Of a stretch of DNA of 64,000 bases, positions 39,301 through 51,300 are shown piece by piece. The notes beneath the pieces are model-generated. The model had not been told where the DNA came from and did no database searches. It saw nothing but the letters and a program-made list of their open reading frames with translations. The stretch covers positions 14,198,001 to 14,262,000 of the forward strand of contig OZ249447.1 in assembly GCA_965235115.1 (NCBI GenBank). The letters are read 5' to 3'. A program made the position numbers and the translations under genes. The number at the start of each line of letters is the position of its first letter. Within the stretch, counting starts at the first letter, position 1. Source of the DNA: Laetmonice hystrix (taxonomy: Eukaryota).

Positions 39301-42300
39301 AATTCAACATGTAATCGTAATGGTTATCAGTATTACCTGACTGATCTTAGCCCAGGACAATCTTATGACATTAATGTTCGCGTAAGTATACAAATTCTTT
39401 CAGTCCTGACAAAGCTTTATTAAAGACTATAAGAATAAGGAAAGTCTCGGCTCTTCCAATTGATGGGGTATTAAAGTATAATTGTTAAACTGGAGGACAC
39501 CATCCCGTGTGATTTAGATTGAATTCTGTCTGATATATATTGACGATTGTTGATGTTGTGCTCCTCCCGTAGTCGTACGCTGGCCAGTTGAAGGTGGACC
39601 CGCAGGCAGACAAGGTGTTCTGTATTAGTGAGAGCGTAGAGTCGAACACAGTGCCGGTAATGTGCCCTGCCCCTCCCCGCTCACCTTGCCTCCGAGTGGA
39701 GGGCATGCACGCAGACGGTATCGACATCACCTGGGAAATGCCGCAACAGTTTGGCGACGCTGTCATGTCGGTAAGTAATCCAAGGCGAAAAGACATCTCT
39801 GGCATGTTGGTCCAAAGATCAATCAGCTCCGTATGGACAGCACCTTTATAATGTCTATAACCACTAGAGTAAGAGTGACAATTGACGGTTATTTTCTTGC
39901 CATATTGTAGGGTTACCAGCTGATGAAGGACGGCAAACTGTACGGCTCCATCATGCCTCCTGACGTCCACTCCCTCCGTATCAAGGACGTAACGCTAGGT
40001 GAGAGGGTGGAGCTCCAGATCCTGGCCCTCACTGACCATCCCGTGGGCAGGGACCTCAGGAAGGAGGTCAAGGACAAGGACAAGGAGGGCGACGGCGACT
40101 CCGGTGTAGGAACGGCAACAATGGCCACCGAGGACAACAAGGACGCTTCTTCAACAGGTTAGGAGACATTCATTTTTCACGTTTGTCCTGTGCACCATTT
40201 CGGCTAAGCAAACTGTGGACGGAGACTGTAGAATCCTAACAGTGATGAACAAGAACAGAATAGGATGAGAATGTTGCCAAAGTTTACTCTTCAGGAGCTA
40301 GCATATGACATTCATAACGGATGTTTCCTGCAGGGTACCAGGACATCTACATTGGCGACCGGTACTCGGCTTGTCGGCCTGGACCCAAACTGGTGGTTCT
40401 CTACACGGGTCTGGTGATGGCTCCGGCCAAGGTGTGGTGTGAGAGAGTCACCGGTCACTCGGCTATGATCGTCTGGGAGAGAGGTGGGTGTTAGATAGGA
40501 TAATGGCGTCTGCACTCCAGTTAGATTGGAACATAAGACATTGCATGTCTGATGTAGAGAAACACTATAGAGACAGCAGGTGGACGTGAAGCAGCTCCGA
40601 GTGATAATGTTTGTGTGTTCTGATTGTGTCTACAGCTGAGAAGGCCAAGGCTCACTATATCCAGGCGGAGAGTTTCCAGGTGACTTGGTGGACCAAGGAC
40701 GCCTCCGACGATGACATCAACAGCCAGGCCACCAAGGGTAAGCAACTCGCTCTAACTCCTCTCCCAAGGGGAGAGGAGCGGCAAGTGCAGGTCCCATAAT
40801 ACTATCAGCAATCCCATGTCTGATAACGTAATACGTTATCAGACATGGGATAACGATTTTACTATTTGGTTCTCAAAACGAGGCTACCAAGTGACGTCCG
40901 GTGACGTCAAACATGTAATACAGGAAATATCAGCGCTGGGACGTTCAACCCTCGATCAACCCCCTTGTACAGCTTTAGATTGAGAAAGAACTGACCAATC
41001 AGTATTCTTTAGAACCGAATAGCCTAATTTGTTTAATTATGGGGCAGTAGGCCTACTTCTTTAATACGGACCTGTGACCAGTGTACTGATGTGTAGATAT
41101 GATGCCTGTTTCAGATGATCATCTCCTAGTGACGGGCTTGAAGCCAAACGTCACCTACAATGTGGTTGTTGAGGCGCGAAAGATGCAGGCTTACTCTGCC
41201 ATTCACGGTAAGTTGTGATGTACTCAACCTTTGCCTTATACACTGCATGCATTTTAGTGTTTCCATGTCAAATGTGGCTAGAAAACTCCATTCTACTTGA
41301 TTTCTTGATTTCAGAGGGCGACCTCCCCGTTGATGACGGTTATGGCAATCTGTTTATCCTTGCTGGGAAGTCGGAACAGCTGACGGTCAAGACAGCCCGA
41401 CCACCATCTGCTCCGACTAATCTGGGCATCACGGCTACAACCTGCAGCTGTATACAGGTGGCATGGGATCCGCCCGTCGAGGTTGGCGTAGAGGTTCTAG
41501 GTGAGCAACAGTTTCATACAACTCTGGTCGTCTTTAAGGAGGTCAGAAGAAGAGGGGTCCATCTACACATCTGGTGTGAGGTCCTCTGTTGCTTTGATAT
41601 AGGCCTAACTATCCACATCCTTTTCAGGGGTTCATGTTGATCTTGTGACAGGATGTTGCATAGATCTATTCCAGGTGCACACCTCTTTAGGTTGTGTCTT
41701 GAATTCATATTTCCAGGTGTACGCGTTGATGCGGTTGCTATGAACTCCCAGGCCCACCAGAAACACTCAGCCGTCGAGGTAACACCAGATAAAACCTCTG
41801 CGACGGTGGAAAACCTCCACGAAAAGACCGAGTACCTCCTCACGGTTACCTTGGTAACGGAGGAGTACTTTGAGCAGCTTCCAGAGGGCTCTGAGTTACG
41901 CTTCAAACGGGCCCTCCCGGAAACCAAGGCGCCACCCGACGACCCATGGCTGCCGAGCAGTTGTATGATCGCCATGACGTCAGGAACGGACGCCCCCACT
42001 GACGTCAAGGTCACCTCCACCACGGTAAACAGCCTGACAGTGACGTGGGCGCCCCCTGTCGTGTACGGATCGAACCGTCTCCTGGGCACGGTGGTACGAT
42101 GGGCAGACAGCAAGGTTCAGGATGACGACGACAACTCGCTGGCACACCACCGCAGTATCACAGCCGACTCCAACCAAGCCCTTCTCGAGGACCTCTACCC
42201 TGGCATCCTGTACCGAGTGGTAGTGGAGGCAGTGGTTAGCGTGAAGACTGTCATAGACAGCGATAAACACGACCCCGAGTCGGAGAAACGTAATCGGAGG

Positions 42301-45300
42301 ACGACCCACGTGCTATCGGCGCCGTGCCTGGTGCGCACGCGTGCTCCGTGCGAGGCGCCCTGCCCCCTGGTGACAGCTTACTCCACTGACTCCATCCAGC
42401 TCTACTGGGAGCGCCCCCTGTTGTATACCGTCGTCGGCAAGGACGGTAATGGCAACCCCAAGTACCTGAAAATGTCGCTAGAGGGCTACAGGTTGGAGAT
42501 CAACGGGAAACCTCACATGAAGCTGATGTCGGCGGCACAGAGCTGTACACTGGTGAAGTGTCGGCCTGGCAAAACCTATCAGATTGTACTTGTAGCTCTT
42601 ACATGCACAGACGACGTCAAACGGGAACGGAAACGCAGAGTAAATATCCTTCAACGGCGTTCTGTTTTAAAGGCAGGGTAAACACCCACGGCAAATAAGG
42701 TTTCGTAGACCAAATGAAACACCAGCATTTACCTCAGGGCAATAAATGACACAATTTTTGCCTACATTGTCTGAATGAAATAATTAACGTGTAACTGCCC
42801 GATGTGTGACGCAACTGGTTCTGCTTGTGTGTTCAACACCTCGGACGTTTACAAACGTTGGGACTCCAAACATCGTGTAGACAAGGTCTGTGAGCAGAGT
42901 AACACGTAATGTTACGCAATACGCCGCGGTGTGCAGCATTCGGCTCTGATGAACACACAAGAAGGTCAAGGTCAGAATCAGCGGCGTCATACATCGGGCG
43001 GTTACACGTTAATTACTTCATTCTGACAACGTAATTGTGGCATTTATTGCCCTGAGTTAAATGCTGGTGTTTCATTTGGTCTATGAAACCTTATTTGCTG
43101 TGGGTGTTTACCCTCCCTTTAAACAGTTCAAATTGTATGCAAATTAGGCCTACCTGTATTAAGGCCAATAAGGGAGGTGTTCTTCTGATTAAATCCTGCT
43201 TGTGTTTTATATTGACAGGATAAGGAGTCCTTTAATTCTTCCTACAATAACAACAATAACAACAGTAGCAGTGTTGGCACCAAGGAATGGGATAACTCCT
43301 CCAATGATGAGGTCAATGACGAATCTCCATCAGAACCTTTAGTAGTGTCATTACCTCCCGAGAGAGACGGTAGGTGACACTTTCATCCTACCTCTTTACA
43401 ATAATACTTGATATGTTTGTGTTTAGAAAGCGATTCCCCGGTGGCGTTGTATGTAGTCAGCCTGTATACAGTTGTCCATGTAAACATTTGTGAGGGTTGG
43501 TCATTTATTGTGTTGTTCCCTTCAGATTTTCTCTCCGATTTGAACGCCAACTTTGCGGCGCCCTCTGGCGGTATGTCAGGAGAAACGTATTCCGGGGATG
43601 TGCACGTGGAGTGGGGTGTTCAGGGAACTAAGAACAATATTGACCAGTTCACAGTCACCTGGCACTGCTCACTGGACGGGTCTGTCCAGCGAAAGGTGGT
43701 CAACTCATCCACAAGGATATGTTCTATCCCGGTGGGAAATCAAAAGTGAGTATGTTAGGTATCGAGTGGGTCCTTGAAATCTACAAAAGTCTTGAAATAA
43801 AAGCGCGGTCAAAAGTCCTTAAAGAATCAATGGAAATTTATTTTTTCTGTAGATAGTCCTTCAGCGTGAAAAATGGTCAGAAAGATTGATTGGTATTCCT
43901 GGATTTTTCAATGTAAGGTTGAGGCCAGATGAATATTTTGATGACTTTTGTATCCCGAAGGACCATCAAAGCATGGTCTATATTGACTTGAGATGTGTAA
44001 AGTTTGCTTTGCGGTTTCTCAGTAAGTTTAGAGAGTCCTGAATGCCAAATAAACTTTTGCCAGCTTTAGAAAGCGCTGATGTTTTGGCGGTTTCCTTTGG
44101 ATATGGTTGCTGAAGAGGTGTTTGGCTGTCACCACTGTCCAGACATCCTGCTTCACAATTAACTGCCAATTTTGCCATCAGTATGCGAGTCCGGGACGAG
44201 TCGCTGATAGAGATAATAGAGAGGGTTTTTGTTCGGTCCTGTCTGCTAGGTGTGTGTACGACGTGACAGTGGAGCCGGAGAAGAATGGCGACTCAATAAG
44301 GACGGACTGTCAGAAGGTACAGGTGGTCATTCCCGGGTCGCCTGATCCCCCGGAGATCTGGATGAGATCTGTATACAAAGACGAGTTCATCATAGAGTGG
44401 GGCGAGCCGCGACTATACGGTGTCAGGGTACAGGGCTATCAGGTGAGGCTTTAGCAGGATTTCCAACGCCTATCCTTCGTCTGGCTTTAGTTTGTGTTTT
44501 TCTAGGTGATGGAAATCGTGGTCTTTAATAATTAGGCAACACCCAGAAGAGGCGGGAGCTTCTAATACGCCTTCCGTCCGTACGTACGTCCGTGGACACT
44601 GTTAGTTTGAGATCATATGTCGGAAATGGTGCAAGATATTAACGCAATAGTTACTATTTATTAGTGACTGAGAGAAAGTCATATATGTCCTTTCCTTTCT
44701 CAAGGTCATGCATATTTTCAATAGCATGTACCTCCAAAACAGTTGAAAATACCGAGGTAATCTTGCATGAAACATTGCATAAAGATCAAGGACAGTCTAA
44801 GACAGTCTAAGGATGAGGCAGGTCAAACAGATTTTTATATCATGCAAAATGGCCGCTTGGTGGCCTTGAATATAAACACATTTGGAGCAATAATTCGGAC
44901 ACAATCATCTAGATTTATTTCAAACTTGGTGACATGAGAAGGCATATGAGCGGCAGCAAGCGTGCCAATTTATTTTGTGTTCAGGTTAAATATAAGTGAA
45001 AAAGGTAACCATATACTTTCTATTGTGAGAAGTCATGTTAAGTTTCATATGGCAAGGACATTTTCGACAATTCATACCTCGAAAACACTTCAAGATAACC
45101 ACTTAGTACAAATGATGGATGGAGACATAGTATGAAGTTTCTTTGTGACTCATGTATTAAAGATGTTCTCACATGGACTGTATATCAAAAACACACATAG
45201 TACACAGACCCACACATTATTAGTCCCTACCCAGTTATTTACAGTCACTAGTTTATAAGGCGTGGAAAGTTTGCCTTGCTAAGGTCAGGTTTCTGGGGAA

Positions 45301-48300
45301 AACAATCTGCAGTTTGCTTCTAGGCAGCGCCTTTTTATGCCTTTGAATGTAAAAACCAGTAGATATATAAAAATATGCTCTTACGGACTGGTCATGTCTG
45401 CAATCTTCTTGCTTCCGCAACCCAAACAAAAACCCAGCAGTAATGTGTTTGTATTTTTCATTCTCAGGTTTATCTAAATGGCAAAAAGGTAGGAAACCAG
45501 CTGAGTAGCTCCCACAGAAAGGCCGTCATCCCGTGTAAACCCAAGCGTTGTTACAAGGTAAACTTGGTGGCTCTCAGCACAGACGCTAACTACGCCGACT
45601 CGGAGCTGTCCAACACTTTGATGATCACACCAGGCAGTGAGGGAGTGCGGTATATCGAGGGGTCGCCACTCAATGTGACCGAGCAGGACCTGGGGCCGGA
45701 TGACGACGGCGGGATCGAGCTGCCGGCCAGGGTGGTCAAGGTGACCGACACCTCCGTCCAACTGGACTGGGCTCCTTACAACGAGGTGGACGGGGTGGCT
45801 TACTACAGGGTGACGTGGAGCAGTGTGGCTCAGCCGGCTGTACGTATACTCCATCCAGTCTGTCACGTATAGACAGGGCAAAACCCGGGGAATGGGAAGG
45901 TTCAGGGGGTAGGAACTCCTATAGAACCGACTTGACTTTTTTCTGATTCCTTGAATTGATGCTTTTCTTCCTTTACCGACTTTCCCCCTTGGACCCCCCC
46001 CCCCCGCCCCCCAACATCTTGCTTAACATGTCAGTCTAATTACACCTACAGTATGGATCAACCGGCACAGATAGTATTCAGGGATGAAAGTTTTCAGGAA
46101 ATTTCCTGAAATCAGGAAATTTGAAAAAATCCCCCCCCCCCAAGAAATAACACCGAAAAAAGGAAATAGGCCTAGATCTATAGGCAAAAGAGGTAGGCCT
46201 AAGCCAAGGCTAAGTATTGCCCTGGACTGTGTGGTGGGCAATTTTATTTGTTAATATCAAATGAAACAATATCCCCTTCCAGGACGTTTTTTAATACCAT
46301 GCAGCTCAATATATCTCTACCTGCCAAAGTTCGTTTATAGATGGGGATATTAGAGTGTCTTAAACCCGTCCAGTGTCACGGGTGCCGCCATGCATAGGCC
46401 GGTCTGCCGGGGGTGCTGGTGTAGCTGTGGTCACATCGCTCACATAGACCGGCCCGCGTGGGCTGACTTCTACCGGCACGCGGTGGCGTCTGTCCCGTCT
46501 GGCAGGCACGGCCCCGTGTCGCTGTGGTGAGAGCGACTCACCTCAGGTAATGACTTCAGGCAAAACTGATGGTCAGGCAGCTGCGAAGCCCGTTGATTCA
46601 GGCTTGCCATTATGCCATATCCATGCGCGAGTTTTGCCTGAGCGCTCACTTAGTGAACGAGACTATAGTATAGACAGACCAGTCTGTCTAGTCCCGGCGT
46701 TGGCGATAGTGATTAGGCTGACGAACTACGCACCATCACAATGTCACTCCTCACAGGAAACTTGGTCAATTTAGTTCTATGAATCTGCCTAGTATATATG
46801 TCAGTAAGTTCTCATAATGTTTTCTTGCATATAAATTTGAGGATAATGGCATTACGTAAGTGGTTTTCACTGAAGTTTTGGGGTTGTCAGGACTTTTCAT
46901 TACATTTGTCGATCAGTGCAGGTGTCCTGATAAGACCGGAAGTGACAATAATATTCACAACATGAGTGGCAGGGCTGAACCACTCGACTCAGCGACTGTG
47001 TTGCTTGGCTGAGAGCCGCTGAGGGTCGTGACTGCTGAGGGTCAAGACTGATGGACAGCCTGTGTGGTTAGTCTAACACATGGAAGCTGTTTGACAACGT
47101 AATCGGGTGCATTTTGGACGCTAAAAGCCGATTGGATTCCAATGTTGGAGAGAGACGGCAGAGCCAGGCAGAGGTTGACAGCGAGTGACAGGCAAGCAAC
47201 AGCCTTGAACAGGGGCATGGACTGATGAGTGATGGAGTCTATCCATCAAATTTGCAGGGGTGGGGGGTGGCGACTAAATACTGAGGGCTAGGCCCTATAA
47301 TATTATAATAGCTAGGAGGCCTTATCGGATCATGATTGTCTGCTGTTCCTAGCCTGACTTTTTTTAAGGGGGGGGGGGGGGGGTAAGCCTTGGATGTGCG
47401 CATGAACAAATATTAATTATGGACATTGGCCCCCGCTGCTCCCCCCGGTCAGAATTTCAGGAAATTTTACAGCTGGCCACTTTCATCCCTGAGTATTACA
47501 ATTACAATGCATTATAATGAAGTACATTATAATATATGTGGTAGGAGAGGGAGGTGAAGCTGCCATCGGGTGAGAAGAGTTGTGTCCTACACAAGTGTTT
47601 CCCAGGAACCAATCATTTCCTGCGTGTGTTTGCCATGGGCCGAGATGAGAGGATACTGGATGTATCCCGACAGCTCACCGTACAGACCTGTGCCCCACCC
47701 GACACCCCGGTCGTGACTATCAGGTGAGGCACGCTCAACCTGTCAGTAAGACTGACCCAGTGGAACTGTCCGTGTTACCCGATACCCCTAATCTGATATT
47801 GTAAATGAACTGTCAGGCCAGGGCAAAAAGTAGCCGACCATTCTGTGCCACTGAAGGCAAGGATGTGAAGTGAATGAAGGTTAGCTTTCCATTTTGTGGC
47901 ACTGAATAATAGCCAACTGGTCATTTTGTAGCAAAGAGAGCCACTTTTCTATTTGGGGGCATTGAAGAGCAGCTTTTCTTTTTGTGGCATCGAGAGCCTG
48001 TTTCCCATTGTGTTTCAATGAGAGCCAACGTTCTAACATTATATTGCATTGACAGCCAGCTTTCCATTTTGTGTCAGGGCTTGTAACTTCCGTTACATCG
48101 CCATCCAGTGGGAGAAGCCGACGACGTACGGCGACACGTTGGTGACTGGTTACAAGGTGTACGTGAACGGTGTGGTGGAGTCGATCGTTGGACCAGACCA
48201 CAGCTCCTTCTCCTTCACCCAGGGCCACTGGTGCCGGGAGTATGCCTTCCAGGTCCAGGTATGACGACCGTCATTCTATATAACAACAAGAAAAAGGTTT

Positions 48301-51300
48301 AATCTCAGTCGTGTAGCAGAATGCAAACATAAAACTGAGGGATATTGAATTTGTAAAGGAACTCCAAAGAAACAAGAATGGATGAGATATTTTCCATTGA
48401 TGTTCAAACTGATCTGCGTGTAAGTGGACTGAGACAAAGGTTTTGTGTTTGTGTGTAGGCTCTAACAGCGAGTGAGAAGTTAAACAGCAAGCCGTCAGAC
48501 GCGCTAGTTGTGACGTGGCCGGGGGTACAACCACCCATCCTCCGCCGGGTACCTGCCGTGTCTGGGAACTCGATCAAGGTCACCTGGGACACACCAGCCA
48601 CCACGGACGGTATCAAGATCAAGATGTACAAGGTAGAATCTAGTTTTAACATCTTATCCAGAATCTGCCAGTCACACTTGAAGATTTGATAAAACCATAA
48701 GCTTTAATCCAGTGGTTCCTGATATAGCGGTATCCCACGAGATCTCTTTGAAATCGAGCGGGTTTCAAGACATCTTTCTTCAAGTGTCTCCCATGGAATG
48801 TGTATTAATATTTACAGATAATAGAAGGTTAAGTTGAAAGCAGATCGTAATCCTAAATTTAAGCCTGAGACTAATTTCAAGATTGCCTTTGGTCAGGTGT
48901 TGTGTGTGGAGGAGGAGAGCCAGCAGACGGTACAAGTCATCAGTCCCATCCATCCCAACACCACCGAGGCCGAACTTCAAAACCTCAAGGCTGGATCCTA
49001 CTTGATATACGCTGAAGTACACGTACGTACAGTAGTAGAAAGTATCGTTCAATAGTCGATTTAGATCAAGAGACGGCATAGATAAACCTACAAATGCCAA
49101 TATCCCTGTCGAATTTAGCGGCCCTAATCAGTTTTGTGAACACGTGGGAATTTGTGTTCGGAGAAAGGACTGTTTGATCTTTGAGACTGCCAGGAAATGT
49201 ATGGAATACGGAGATATTGCCTTTGACAGTCGATCGTTTGTGACAATGATCTGCTAATAACATGTTCAGGTTCATGGAACCAATGACATCGTCAAGTCGG
49301 AGGTCCTGAAGATTACACCGACCTTGACACCAGATGCGCCCCACATCGCCGTCACTGTCATTGGTTTGGAAGAGCGCCGACAGGTGGAGAAAGTAACCTG
49401 TGACCTCATTAACAAACGTGACAGGTGCGACATTTTGAGGTCAACCTTGTCAGTTGAGCTTGTCAATTGTGCGTTTGTTAGGCGGAAACTAACCCAGATA
49501 TCGTGACACCTTAACCTAGATGTAATAAAAAGTATTTCTGGAACAATCATCGTCAATTTGACGGTTTTAATCTCGTGAGTATGACAATCTAATTAAAATT
49601 AGATCTTGGTATTCTGCTTCTCGGCTGTGCTCATGCGAAATAACTAAGATCTAATTTTAATTAGATTGGTGAATATGGGTACTTATATTCCAGCTCTATC
49701 CACAGCTGTACAATCTTTTCATAAATTTACGTATTTTCATAAAGTTGTTATTATGTTCACATGTGGCTATTTTTTCTATTGATATTTTTATTCCCCCCTC
49801 TTCTAAGGCTCATAAATTTCTTAACAAATCGCGAAGTGACACAGACTCTGCGAGCAACAGACGAGAACCAGTTGATCGGGAAGGTGACAGAGGACCTCGC
49901 TCACATTGAGGACATGCTGGACGACTGCCTGGCCTCTCTGAGTCACTACACAGGTAAGGTACCGGACCTCTCTAAGTCACTACACAGGTAGGGTACCGGA
50001 CCTCTCTCAGTCATTACACAGGTAGGGTACCGGACCTCTCTAAGTCACTACACAGGTAGGGTACCGGACCTCTCTCAGTCACTACACAGGTAGGGTACCG
50101 GACCTCTCTCAGTCATTACACAGGTAGGGTACCGGACCTCTCTAAGTCACTACACAGGTAGGGTACCGGACCTCTCTCAGTCACTACACAGGTAGGGTAC
50201 CGGACCTCTCTCAGTCATTACACAGGTAGGGTACCGGACCTCTCTAAGTCACTACACAGGTAGGGTACCGGACCTCTCTCAGTCACTACACAGGTAGGGT
50301 ACCGGACCTCTCTCAGTCATTACACAGGTAGGGTACCGGACCTCTCTAAGTCACTACACAGGTAGGGTACCGGACCTCTCTCAGTCACTACACAGGTAGG
50401 GTACCGGACCTCTCTCAGTCACTACACAGGTAGGGTACCGGACCTCTCTCAGTCACTACACAGGTAGGGTACCGGACCTCTCTCAGTCACTACACAGGTA
50501 GGGTACCGGACCTCTCTCAGTCACTACACAGGTAGGGTACCGGACCTCTCTCAGTCACTACACAGGTAGGGTACCGGACCTCTCTAAGTCACTACACAGG
50601 TAGGGTACCGGACCTCTCAGTCACTACACAGGTAGGGTACCGGAACTCTCTCAGTCACTACACAGGTAGGGTACCAGACCTCTCTCAGTCACTACACAGG
50701 TAGGGTACCGGACCTCTCTCAGTCACTACACAGATAGGGTACCGGACCTCTCTCAGTCACTACACAGGTAGGTTACCGGACCTCTCTCAGTCACTACACA
50801 GGTAGGGTACCGGACCTCTCTCAGTCACTACACAGGTAGGGTACCAGACGTCTCAGTCACTACACAGGTAGGGTACCGGACCTCTCTCAGTCATTACACA
50901 GGTAGGGTACCGGACCTCTCTCAGTCACTACACAGGTAGGGTACCGGACCTCTCTCAGTCACTACACAGATAGGGTACCGGACCTCTCTCAGTCACTACA
51001 CAGGTAGGGTACCGGACCTCTCTCAGTCACTACACAGGTAGGGTACCAGACGTCTCAGTCACTACACAGGTAGGGTACCGGACCTCTCTCAGTCATTACA
51101 CAGGTAGGGTACCGGACCTCTCTCAGTCACTACACAGGTAGGGTACCAGACCTCTCTCAGTCACTACACAGGTAGGGTACCGGACCTCTCTCAGTCACTA
51201 CACAGGGTACCGGGCCTCTCTCAGTCACTACACAGGTAGGGTACCGGACCTCTCAGTCACTACACAGGTATGATACCGGACCTCTCTCAGTCACTACACA

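Noticed and set aside
46372-46546. Plus-strand alternative coding exon (AG...CAG|GTAATG, GCCGCCATG)
   Set aside because: All three plus frames contain stops.
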